This document shows positions 35,801-47,206 of a stretch of DNA of 64,000 nt, one piece after another (the first letter of the stretch is position 1; every line of letters begins with the position of its first letter). Location: NCBI GenBank assembly GCA_002269645.1, contig NIVC01002996.1, positions 1 to 64,000 on the forward strand, in the 5' to 3' direction. Under the pieces are notes generated by a model. The model was not told where the DNA came from. It saw only the letters and a list, made by a program, of their open reading frames with translations, and did not search any database. Made by a program: the position numbers and the translations under genes. The DNA comes from Macrostomum lignano. Its lineage: Eukaryota.

Positions 35801-38800
35801 CCCAGCCCAGCATGAGAAGCCGCTCCTGACTCAGCAGCAGCAGCAACGCGGAAGCGAAGGTGCCTCCGCGCCGCAGCCACCTGCCGGGCCAGAGAAATCT
35901 CCGTTGAAACGGTCGGCAACAACGCCCGAGGCAAAGCGGTCCAGCTATCTGGCTTACCTGCATAGGGACGGGCCGAAACACCTGGGCGAATTGCGCCTGC
36001 CAAAGGCAGGTGGATAGTTATTTAAAGTTTTATTGATCATAGCTGCTTTGTGCGGCTCGTAAGATTTGGTCGCAGCTCTCATAGATCCTTCACCGCAACT
36101 CTCTCGGATACCGAAGCCATAGCCCTCCCAAATCCCTAAGATTCCACCCTTCCAGATCCCAAACATTCCACCCTTCCAGATCCCAAACATTCCACCCTTC
36201 CAGATCCTTAAGATTCCACCCTTCCAGATCCCAAACATTCCACCCTTCCAGATCCCTAAGATTTTAACCTTCCAGATCCCTAAGAGCCCCTTCCAGATCC
36301 CTAAGATTCCACCCTTCCAGATCCCATCCACCCTTCCAGATCCCTAAGATTCCACTCTTCCAGATCCCTAAGATTCCACCCTTCCAGATCCCTAAAATTT
36401 TAACCTTCCAGATCCCTAAGATCCCCTTCCAGATCCTAAACATTCCACCCTTCCAGATCCCAAAGATTCCACCCTTCCAGATCCCAAACATTCCACTCTT
36501 CCAGCTCCTAAACATTCCACCCTTCCAGATCCCAAAGATTCCACCCTTCCAGATCCCAAAATTTAAACCTTCCAGATCCCAAAATTTTAACCTTCCAGAT
36601 TCCTAAGATACCCGTCCAGATCCTAAACATTCCACCCTTCCAGCTCCTAAACATTCCACCCTTCCAGATCCCTAAGATTCCACCCTTCCAGATCCCTAAT
36701 ATTCCACCCTTCCAGATCCCTAATATTCTACCCTTCCAGATCCCTAATATTCCACCCTTCCAGATCCCTAAAATTTTAACCTTCCAGATCTCTAAGATTC
36801 CACCCTTCCAGATCCCTAACCATATCAACTCTCTTTACCCTAACGAATTCACCCCACAGGCGAAGCCAAACAGCCTCAGCGGCATGACAATCGTGGTCAC
36901 TGGCGTGCTGGACTACGTCGAGAAGGAGGCCTGCGAAGCTCTGCTGCATCAGTGCGGCGCCAAGGTTACCAAAAGCGTCAGCAAGCGAACCAGCATGCTG
37001 GTGGTCGGCCGGGAGCCCGGAGCCAGCAAGCTGGACAAGGCCAAGCAGGCCGGGGTTCGCTGCTGCCCGGAGAAGGAATTCTACAGTTTCCTGTGCGAGA
37101 AGCTTGGACAGCCGCCAGAAGCTGATCCAGACGATGAGGCGGTGGAAATGATGGGCGTCGAACCCGGAGCTGGAACTGGAGCCGGCGCTGATCAGCGCAG
37201 CAATGGATCCTCGGGTGCTAGAGATGTGGAGCGCAGCGGAGGTGGCAGAAGCCAGGCTGAGGAGCGCAGCGGCGGCGGCAGAAGCCAGGCTGAGGAGCGC
37301 AGCGGCGGCGGCAGAAGCCAGGCTGAGGAGCGCAGCGGCGGCGGCAGAAGCCAGGCTGAGGAGCGCAGCGGCGGCGGCAGAAGCCAGGCTGAGGAGCGCA
37401 GCGGCGGCGGCAGAAGCCAGGCTGAGGAGCGCAGCGGCGGCGGCAGAAGCCAGGCTGAGGAGCGCAGCGGCGGTGGCAGAAGCCAGGCTGAGGAGCGCAG
37501 CGGCGGCGGCAGAAGCCAGGCTGAGGAGCGCAGCGGCGGCGGCAGAAGCCAGGCTGAGGAGCGCAGCGGCGGCGGCAGAAGCCAGGCTGAGGAGCGCAGC
37601 GGAGGCGGCAGAAGCCAGGCTAAAGATCAGAGAGAGGGCGGGAAAGCCGGAGCGGAGGGCCAGCCGCAGCAGCAGCTGATGTGGGTGGACAAATACAAGC
37701 CGCGCTCGCTGAAGCAGATAATCGGCCAGTCTGGTCCGGCCAGCTGTGCCAGCAAGCTGGTGGCCTGGCTGTCCAGCTGGCACAGGCACCTGGCCAGCGG
37801 GGTGAAGCGCGGCGTGGCGCAGCCGTTTCAGCGCTTCAACAACGACGGCTCCGCCTTGAAGGCGGCGCTGCTGTCCGGTCCGCCCGGCATCGGCAAGACG
37901 ACCACCGCCACTCTGGCCTGCAAGGAGCTCGGCTTCGAGTGCCTGGAGTTGAACGCCTCGGACACTCGCAACAAAAGATCTCTGCACGAGATTGTCGGCG
38001 AAGCGCTGGGCACCTTTTCTGTTGGCGCCATGTTCGGCGGCGGCGGTGGCGGAGGCGGCACCGAGGAAGGTCGCCGACGCTGCATCGTTATGGATGAGGT
38101 GGACGGCATGGCCGGCAACGAGGACCGGGGCGGAGTGGCCGAGCTCATCCAGCTGATCAAGGCCAGCCAGGTACGGCGTGTACTTTTGTGAATTTTGCGG
38201 CGCACCTGGATCTCAAACCGAAGCTTTTCTATTGGGTCTGTCCTGATGGCACCTGAATCTTGTCTACAAGCACCTGAATCTCCCCTATAACACCTGAATC
38301 TCCCCTAAAACACCTGAAGTTCTACTCAAACCCCTGAAGTTCTACTCAAGCCCCTGAAGCTCCACTACAACCCCTGAAGCTCCACTACAACCCCTGAAGC
38401 TCCACTACAACCCCTGAAGCTCCACTACAACCCCCTGAAGCTCCACTAAAATCTCCTAAAGCTCAATTACAACCCCTGAAGCTCCACTAAACCCCCTGAA
38501 GCTCTACTACAACCCCCTGAAGCTCCACTACAAACGCCTGCCCTGGATGTTCTCTGTCGGCCTCTGAATTTAATTTGTCACACCTGCTCCCAAACCTCTT
38601 AGACTCAGCCTAAACTGACTACTTACAGGAGCTAAACGGCTAATTTTGCTAAATCATCTCTGCCAGGTGCCAATAATCTGCATCTGCAACGACCGCAACC
38701 ACATGAAGATGCGGTCGCTGGCCAACTATTGTTTCGATCTGCGCTTCCAGCGGCCGAGGCCGGAGCAGATCCGAGCGGCCGCCATGTCCATCGCCAGCCG

Positions 38801-41800
38801 CGAGGGCCTCAAAGTTGATGCGCAAGCCCTGCTGGACGTTATCAACGCTTCTAACAATGATGTCCGACAGACCATTCACAACCTGCAGGTGAAACTGGGA
38901 CTTCGTGTGCTGTTTTTTTGCGGATACTGTTGCACTGTTTCAAGTTTTTGGATTTCAGACTTCGAAACTAAGATTTCGGGTTTCAGGATTTGGGCTTGGG
39001 ATTCCAGGACTGGGACTTGGGATTCCAGGACTGGGCCTTGGGATTCCAGGACTGGGACTTGGGATTCCAGGACTGGCCTTGGGATTCCAGGACTGGCCTT
39101 GGGATTCCACATAGATAATAAAAACAGTGTTTTAGTATCTGTGGGATTCCAGGACTGGCCTTGGGATTCCAGGACTGGGCCTTTTTTGATTTCATCGGGA
39201 CTCGGAATTCCAGGATTGAGATTTGGGATTCCAGGAATGAGATTTGGGATTCCAGGATTGAGATTTGGGATTCCAGGATTGAGATTTGGGATTCCAGGGT
39301 CGGGACTTGGGATTCCGGGATCAGTACTTGGGATTTTGGATTTGATTGGGACTTTGGATTTTGGATTTGATTGGGACTTGGGATTTTGGATTTGATTGGG
39401 ACTTGGGATTTTGGATTTGATTGGGACTTGGGATTTTGGATTTGATTGGGACTTGGGATTTTGGATTTGATTGGGACTTGGGATTTTGGATTTGATTGGG
39501 ACTTGGGATTTTGGATTTGATTGGGACTTGGGATTTTGGATTTGATTGGGACTTGGGATTTTGGATTTGATTGGGACTTGGGATTTTGGATTTGATTGGG
39601 ACTTGGGATTTTGGATTTGATTGGGACTTGGGATTCCAGGATCGGTACTCGGGATTCCAGAATGGATTGTTTTAGGATTTTAATAATGGTTTCCTTTATT
39701 TCAGGAGTGGGAGTTTAGGACTATCCTAAAACCTTTTAAAATTTCTACTCTCGTAGGTGGATCGTAGGCACAGATACTATAATAACATACTATTATTACT
39801 ACTATATTATTATTACTATAATAATAGTTATTATAGTATCTGTGATCGTAGGGGGGTTTAATTTCTACATTTCGATTTCGGGATTTTAGGATTTGCGGGA
39901 TTTGAACTTTGTTCTTCACATTAGATGAGGACGAAACCAAATTTGAATTTCGTTAATGAGGAGCTGGCAGTTGCGGACTTCTAGACCCCGGCTGTTCCTC
40001 CCCCTTCAGGCCTGGACCAGCAACAGCGGAGGCTCCTCCGGTGCCGACCAGCTCCGCAAAGACGCCAGTCGGTCTCGCAAGGACCTCCGCTTCGGACCGT
40101 TCGACCTCGTCCGCAAGGCGCTGAGCTCGGACGAGATGGCCGACAAGTCTATTAACCAGCTGTCCGACTTGTTCTTCCAGGTAATGAATAAAATGGCTTT
40201 GAAGGATGCCCTGAATAATGTCCCTACAGGCATAGAGTCGTCTTGCATACAGAATTAACTAGTTGGGTAATCGCCGTTCTCTTTACGAACCGTCCCTAGA
40301 GAATCGCAGTTCTTATTGAGAATCGCCCAGCTGAAAAATCACAGTTCTCACTGAGAATCGTCCCCCTAGAGAATCACAGTCTCATTGAGAATCGCCCCCC
40401 CCCTAGAGAATCACAGTCTCATTGAGAATCGCCCCCCCCCCCTAGGGAATCACAGTCTCATTGAGAATCGCCCCCCCCCTAGAGAATCACAGTCTCATTG
40501 AGAATCGCCCCCCCCCTAGAGAATCACAGTCTCATTGAGAATCGCCCCCCCAAGAGAATCACAGTCTCATTGAGAATCGCCCCCTCCCCTAGAGAATCAC
40601 AGTCTCATTGAGAATCGCCCCCTCCCCTAGAGAATCACAGTCTCATTGAGAATCGCCCCCCCCTAGGAATCACTGTCTCATTGAGAATCGCCCCCCCCTA
40701 GAGAATCACAGTCTCATTGAGAATCGCCCCCCCCTAGGGAATCACAGTCTTATTGAGAATCGCCCCCCCCCCTAGAGAATCACAGTCTCATTGAGAATCG
40801 CCCCCCCCCTAGAGAATCACAGTCTCATTGAGAATCGCCCCCCTAGAGAATCACTGTCTCATTGAGAATCGCCCCCCCTAGGAATCACAGTCTCATTGAG
40901 AATCGCCCCCCCTAGGGAATCACAGTCTCATTGAGAATCGCCCCCCCCCCTAGAGAATCACAGTCTCATTGAGAATCGCCCCCCCCCTAGAGAATCACAG
41001 TCTCATTGAGAATCGCCCCCCCCTAGAGAATCACAGTCTCATTGAGAATCGCCCCCCCTAGGAATCACAGTCTCATTGAGAATTGCCCCCCCCTAGGGAA
41101 TCACAGTCTCATTGAGAATCGCCCCCCCCCTAGAGAATCACAGTCTCATTGAGAATCGCCCCCCCCCTAGAGAATCACAGTCTCATTGAGAATCGCCCCC
41201 CCCCTAGAGAATCACAGTCTCATTGAGAATCGCCCCCCCCCTAGAGAATCACAGTCTCATTGAAAATCGCCCCCCCCTAGAGAATCACAGTCTCATTGAG
41301 AATCGCCCCCCCCCTAGGGAATCACTGTCTCATTGAGAATCGCCCCCCCTAGAGAATCACAGTCTCATTGAGAATCGCCCCCCCCCCCCTAGAGAATCAC
41401 AGTCTTATTGAGAATCGCCCCCCCCCCTAGAGAATCACAGTCTTATTGAGAATCGCCGCCCCGTCCCGCAGGACTACAACATGGAGCCGCTGTTCATCCA
41501 GGAGAATTATCCCCTCACCGAGCCGGACTCGCTCCGCTCGCTGCCCTCCTCCAAGCGCGACCTTCGCCGCCTCCAGCTGCTCAGCCAAGCTGCCGACTCC
41601 ATCGCCCTCGGCGACGTCTGCGGCCGCAGCGTCCGCTCGCAGGGCAGCTGGTCGCTGCTGCCCACCCAGGCCCTGTTCTCCTCCGTGCTGCCCGGCAAGT
41701 CCGTCTCCGGCCACTTCACCGGTCAGGTGGCCTTCCCGGCCTGGCTTGGCCGGAATTCCACAGCCGGCAAGTCGGCCAGGCAGCTGAGCCTTCTGGCCTG

Positions 41801-43621
41801 CCACCTGCGGCTGGCGTCCGGCGGCCTGGCCAGCCGCGACCTCGGCCTGGACATGGCGCAGCACCTGGCCGCTGCGCTCACCCGGCCGCTGCGGCAGAAC
41901 GGAGCCGACGGCGTCCCCGGCGTGATCGGCGTGCTGGAGGCCTACGACCTGCAGCGGGAGGACATGGACTCCCTGCTGGAGCTGACGGCCTGGCCCGGGC
42001 AGCCCGACGCTTTGGCCGGTGTGGATCCCAAGGTGACCGTTGAACCTGTGCTGTCTGGGCTGTGACCAGTCACTAATCAGCTATGACCAGTCACTGATCA
42101 GCTATGACCAGTCACTAATCGGCTATGACCAGTCACTGATCAGCTATGACCAGTCACTGATCGGCTATGACCAGTCACTGATCAGCTATGACCAGTCACT
42201 GATCAGCTATGACTAGTCACTGATCAGCTATGACCAGTCATTGGTCAGCTATGACCAGTCATTGGTCAGCTATGACCACTCACTGATCAGCTATGACCAG
42301 TCACTAATCAGCTATGACCAGTCAATAATCAGCTATGACCAGTCACTAATCAGCTATGACCAGTCACTGATCAGCTATGACCAATCACTGATCAGCTATG
42401 ACCAGTCACTGATCAGCTATGACCAGTCACTGATCAGCTATGACCAGTTCTTTCCGCACTAAATGCAGCTGAATACGGCACAGCCAAACAACCCGCATTC
42501 AGGTGAAGGCTGCGCTCACCCGGGCCTACAACAAGGCGGCCCACCTGACCCCCTACTCGCTGGCGCAGGCGCCCGCCAAGCGGAAGGCCGCCGCCAGTTC
42601 GGCCGGTGCGGAGGAATTCGACGAAGAGGCCGCCGACTATGGAGAAGGCGGCGGCGTCGCCGAAGAAGAGGCCGGCAGTGAGGAAGGCGAGGACGCCGAC
42701 CCGACTGTCGACGCCATGATTAAGGTGCGAGTGCTGAGCCTGCCGCAAATAAACAGCCCTCATGATCGGCGCAAACTGCGGTTGTAGTGCTTGCTCCAAA
42801 AATCACCCTAAGAAAACCTTAAAAATCGCTCCTTGATCCTTGCTAGAAATTGCCCCAAAATCGCCCCTAAAACCCGCCCAAAATCTAATCTAGGAATCGC
42901 CAATAAAATCACCCCAAACTCGCCTCTAGGAATCGCCCCTTAAATGGCCCAAAAATAGCCTCTAAAAATCGCCCCAAAATTGCCTCTAGGAATCGCCTTT
43001 AGGATTTAGGAATCGCCTCTAAGAATCGCACCTTAAATGGCCCAAAAATCACTTCTAGGAATCGCCCCTTGATCACCTCTAGGAATCGCCTTTAGGATTT
43101 AGGAATCGCCTCTAAGAATCGCGCACCTTAAATGGCCCAAAAATCACCTCTAGGAATCGCCCCTTGATCACCTCTAGGAATCGCCCCTTGATCACCTCTA
43201 GGAATCGCCCCTTGATCACCTCTAGGAATCGCCCCTTGATCACCTCTAGGAATCGCCCCTTGATCACCTCTAGGAATCGCCCCTTGATCACCTCTAGGAA
43301 TCGCCCCTTGATCACCTCTAGGAATCGCCCCTTGATCACCTCTAGGAATCGCCCCTTGATCACCTCTAGGAATCGCCCCTTGATCACCTCTAGGAATCGC
43401 CCCTTGATCACCTCTAGGAATCGCCCCAAAATCGCCCATAAAGATCTCCTTAACAATCGCACACCGAACCGCCCAGAGCGCCAATCGAATTCCCCATATC
43501 ATCACCGCAGAAGCCGAAGAAGGCGGCGGCCACCAAGGCGAAACCTGCGGCGGCGACTGCCGGCCCCGCCGGTTCGAAGGCGAAGTCGACGGCGCCAGCC
43601 AAGGGCAAGAAAAAGAAGTGA
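32893..43621 (+). CDS. RFC1: Replication factor C large subunit, 10 coding exons
   Basis: Exons 32893-32935, 33033-33152, 34475-34830, 35679-36005, 36860-38170 (BRCT; WVDKYKP; Walker A GPPGIGKT; DEVD), 38667-38888, 40010-40180, 41472-42032 (DYNMEPLFIQENY), 42503-42724 (VKAALTRAYNK), 43511-43621. All phases are consistent. Extra 5' exons are possible. Confidence 0.93.
33240..34440. repeat. 21-bp minisatellite (tcatcaatcacatcgctagaa) filling RFC1 intron 2
   Basis: Tandem copies, degenerate at the 5' edge, ending ~35 nt before the acceptor at 34474. Confidence 0.96.
35140..35610. repeat. Composite repeat (gactcatgggattgtccttgacctacctgatccccctt) in RFC1 intron 3
   Basis: Tandem copies with higher-order structure. 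Confidence 0.9.
36125..36820. repeat. 24-bp repeat (taagattccacccttccagatccc) in RFC1 intron 4
   Basis: Tandem copies. Confidence 0.93.
37226..37621 (+). repeat. 33-bp coding repeat (EERSGGGRSQA)x12 in the RFC1 linker
   Basis: In-frame with BRCT upstream and WVDKYKP downstream; no convincing splice sites flank it. Confidence 0.85.
38250..38540. repeat. ~20-bp repeat (ctccactacaacccctgaag) in RFC1 intron 5
   Basis: Tandem copies. Confidence 0.88.
38985..39660. repeat. G-rich repeats (gggattccaggact...; 25-bp gggattttggatttgattgggactt) in RFC1 intron 6
   Basis: Two related tandem arrays. Confidence 0.92.
40300..41456. repeat. ~37-bp repeat (ctagagaatcacagtctcattgagaatcgcc(c)n) filling RFC1 intron 7
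   Basis: Tandem copies with a variable C-run, ending ~15 nt before the acceptor at 41471. Confidence 0.96.
42064..42447. repeat. 21-bp repeat (cagctatgaccagtcactgat) in RFC1 intron 8
   Basis: Tandem copies. Confidence 0.95.
42880..43430. repeat. 24-bp repeat (ctaggaatcgccccttgatcacct) in RFC1 intron 9
   Basis: Homogeneous 3' block with degenerate 5' copies. Confidence 0.93.
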
Positions 43622-43959
43622 AACAGAGAAGCCCACTTGACCGAGGCGACTGCACTCGATTCTCTGCAATTGCATCTCCATCTTGACTGCCTGTTTGTTA
43701 TTATTTTTCCCGATGATTGGCTGTTTGTTTATCCGCTTGACCGACTGACTGACTGACCCTAATCTGATCTGACAATACAAATAAACACATCATAGTAATT
43801 TGGCCAATGCATTTTTTATTCCCGTCTCATGGGTGTCTGAAGCTTGTTTTCACATAATTGGCGTTTATTTTTACTAATAAAAAGTTTTGTGAAGCCTCTA
43901 AAAGTGTCTTTTTTACTTTCATTGATACTGGGATACCGTGATTTCTCTGTCAGCTGTTT

Positions 43960-44610
43960 GGGGGGGGGGGGGTTTCACAAACTCGAAATTTCACAACGTC
44001 GAAAGCACCTTCTTTCACAAGGTCGAAATTTCATAAGGTCGAAATTTCATAACATCGAAAACTCAAATAGCAGCCACTTTCACAAGGTCGAAACTTCACA
44101 AGGTCGAAATTTCACAACATCGAAAACTTTAGCAAAGGACTTCATAAGGTCGAAAATTCACAAGGTCGAAATTTCAAAACATCGAAAACTTTAGCAAGAG
44201 ACTTCATAAGGTCGAAATTTCATAAGGTCGAAATTTCACAACGTAGAAAACTACTGTATGGTTCTTGATAGATAAAATTTTCGACTTTGTGAAATTTCGA
44301 GCTTATGAAGTTTCGACCTTGTGAAAATGGCTGCACTTGAGTTTTCGATGTTATGAAATTTCGACCTTGTGAAATCTCTTGCTAGATTTTTCGATGTTGT
44401 GAAATTTCGACCTTGTGAAGTTTCGACCTTGTGAAAGTGGCTGCTATTTGAGTTTTCGATGTTGTGAAATTTCGACCTTATGAAATTTCGACCTTATGAA
44501 GTCTCTTGCTAAAGTTTTCGATGTTTTGAAATTTCGACCTTGTGAAGTTTCGACCTTGTGAAATAATTTACTTTTCGACGTTGTGAAATTTCGACCTTGT
44601 GAAAGCACCC
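43960..44610. mobile_element. Foldback (FB/MULE-like) element with internally repetitive inverted arms and 9-bp TSD
   Basis: Left arm built of tttcacaaggtcgaaa units and right arm of tttcgaccttgtgaaa units. G...C termini. TSD CAGCTGTTT at 43951-43959 and 44611-44619. Confidence 0.8.
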
Positions 44611-44611
44611 C

Positions 44612-44700
44612 AGCTGTTTCACTGTCAGCTATTTCACTGTCAGCTGTTTCACTGTCAGCTATTTCACTGCCAGCTATTTCACTGTCAGCTATTTCACTGT
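44612..44700. repeat. 16-bp repeat (cactgtcagct[a/g]ttt)
   Basis: Short tandem array into whose edge the foldback element inserted. Confidence 0.8.
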
Positions 44701-45670
44701 AAGGGATTTCACTGAGTAAAGTTTTCTGAACAGTAAACATTCTTAAATCAAAGACCTGCGCATGAAGTTCAGCTAAACATTTATTTGTGGCGAGAACTGC
44801 AGTGCTCTAAGAACAGTCGTACATATGCACCACCATCAGGAATGAAAATCTGTGGAATTCAATAATCTGTCACCAATCTGCTGAACTGATTAAATTTTTC
44901 ACAAATTTTCGTCAGGGGTGACGCCATGGATTATTTTGGTGGAGCCGACAACCCAAGAAATCTCATGAGAAAATTCCTACATATTTTGGGAATCAGTTAT
45001 AACAGATCAGCACTCATTTTAGCGCCACCAAATGTTTTACTTTTATAAAATATAAATGGTTCGTATTTTATTGCCTGGAGCAAAATTATTGAAGTCCATA
45101 ACGGCTCACAAAAGCGGGGTGGACAAAACATTGGCATGTTCCCCAGCGATTTTCAGTCACTGGCCTGAAACTCTCCATCACAGCGACATCATGAGAGCTC
45201 TTGTATAAATGATACTAAGATGATTTGAAGGTCCGTACTGGACAAAAGTTCTTAGGCATTAAACTGCAACAGTGATTATTGCATCCTTTCACTTCATTCT
45301 TCAGTGTGAGTAAACCTGAGTCCCGAAATTCTTAGCCAAAATCGATCGCCTTAGCAACTATTCGCATAGTTAAGGAGTTGCACCTGTGGATCCTGCTGTC
45401 AAACAAGCGCCACTTCAGTCCTGTGTTTGCTCAGCACAGCGAAAGTCACCAAAACGACAAGGTCGTAAATGTCTTGAGAGCAAGGAGGAGTTTGACTACT
45501 TTTGCACTAGTCAGCAGTCGAACCAAACAAACAGAATTGCCGAAAATGAACGGCATTCAAGCCGCCCAAACTTCAAGTGCAGAGCAGTGGGCAAACAAAT
45601 GTTAAAAATCCGACAATCTACCAGCTCAGCAGTTGCCATCCGACAGGTGAAGAAACGGCCACCCGCAGGG

Positions 45671-47206
45671 ATGTCAAACTCCAACAACAGCATAAAAGTA
45701 AGTCCGTTTCGGGGCCTCCGAAATTCAATCCAGTCAGCACCGAAACAGCTCAAACATGAGACTTATTCTGTTGGCAGCTTGCGCCGCGCTGCTTTGCACG
45801 CTAGTGGTAAGTTGAACTCTGTTGCACACAACTATTCAGCACTAACTCCAGCTTCAATTCGAATAATTACGAAAATCATTTGCACTTTTCAGCTCTCAGC
45901 GCCACCACCAAATGCGAAGAATAAGCTGAAGAAGCCAGCAGCCGCTAACGCTGCGGCCACCGCTGGATCCGCTAAGAAGCCCGCTATGGCTCAGAAGCCT
46001 TGCAAAAGACCGCCAAGGAGGAGCGCAGAGGAAAGACGGGGCAGAAGCGAGAGGCGGAGTCGCCGCCAATCCAGGCGGCAGAACCGACGCGCTGCAAGAC
46101 GTGCCCGTAGAAGCCGCGATGTGAGAAGAAGAGGCGGCCGTCGTGTCAGACGCGCCAGACGTAACGGTAGACGCGCTGCAAGACTTGCCAGACGTAACGG
46201 TAGACGCGCTGCAAGACTTGCCAGACGTAACGGTAGACGCGCTGCAAGACGTGCCCGCAGAAGCCGCGATGTGAGAAGAAGAAGCGGCCGTCGTGTGAGA
46301 CGTGCCAGACGTAACGGTAGACGCGCTGCAAGACGTGCCAGACGTAACGGTAGACGCGCTGCAAGACGTGCCCGCAGAAGCCGCGATGTGAGAAGAAGAG
46401 GCGGCCGTCGTGTCAGACGCGCCAGACGTAACGGTAGACGCGCTGCAAGACGTGCCAGACGTAACGGTAGACGCGCTGCAAGACGTGCCCGCAGAAGCCG
46501 CGATGTGAGAAGAAGAGGCGGCCGTCGTGTCAGACGCGCCAGACGTAACGGTAGACGCGCTGCAAGACGTGCCAGACGTAACGGTAGACGCGCTGCAAGA
46601 CGTGCCCGCAGAAGCCGCGATGTGAGAAGAAGAAGCGGCCGTCGTGTGAGACGTGCCAGACGTAACGGTAGACGCGCTGCAAGACTTGCCAGACGTAACG
46701 GTAGACGCGCTGCAAGACGTGCCAGACGTAACGGTAGACGTGCTGCAAGACGTGCCAGACGTAACGGTAGACGCGCTGCAAGACGTACTCGCAGAAGCCG
46801 CGATGTGAGAAGAAGAGGCGGCCGTCGTGTGAGACGCGCCAGACGTAACGGTAGACGCGCTGCAAGACGTGCCCGCAGAAGCCGCGATGTGAGAAGAGGC
46901 GGCCGTCGTGTCAGACGCGCCAGACGTAACGGTAGACGCGCTGCAAGACGTGCCAGACGTAACGGTAGACGCGCTGCAAGACGTGCCAGACGTAACGGTA
47001 GACGTGCTGCAAGACGTACTCGCAGAAGCCGCGATGTGAGAAGGAGAGGCGGCCGTCGTGTGAGACGCGCCAGACGTAACGGTAGACGCGCTGCAAGACG
47101 CGCCAGACGTAACGGTAGACGCGCTGCAAGACGTGCCAGACGTAACGGTAGACGCGCTGCAAAACGTGCCAGACGCAACCGCAGGCGCGCTGCAAGACGC
47201 GGTTAA
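45671..47206 (+). CDS. Large Arg-rich protamine-like / sperm nuclear basic protein candidate
   Basis: Proposed exons 45671-45697 (MSNSNNSIK|gtaagt) and 45893-47206 (ttttcag|, same phase). Lys/Ala/Pro segment KKPAAANAAATAGSAKKPA, then RRARRNGRRAA / RRARRSRDVRRRGGRRV repeats. AATAAA ~65 nt after the stop. The frame is also open upstream to 45386, so the start is uncertain. Confidence 0.62.
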   Translation: MSNSNNSIKVSPFRGLRNSIQSAPKQLKHETYSVGSLRRAALHASGKLNSVAHNYSALTPASIRIITKIICTFQLSAPPPNAKNKLKKPAAANAAATAGSAKKPAMAQKPCKRPPRRSAEERRGRSERRSRRQSRRQNRRAARRARRSRDVRRRGGRRVRRARRNGRRAARLARRNGRRAARLARRNGRRAARRARRSRDVRRRSGRRVRRARRNGRRAARRARRNGRRAARRARRSRDVRRRGGRRVRRARRNGRRAARRARRNGRRAARRARRSRDVRRRGGRRVRRARRNGRRAARRARRNGRRAARRARRSRDVRRRSGRRVRRARRNGRRAARLARRNGRRAARRARRNGRRAARRARRNGRRAARRTRRSRDVRRRGGRRVRRARRNGRRAARRARRSRDVRRGGRRVRRARRNGRRAARRARRNGRRAARRARRNGRRAARRTRRSRDVRRRGGRRVRRARRNGRRAARRARRNGRRAARRARRNGRRAAKRARRNRRRAARRG

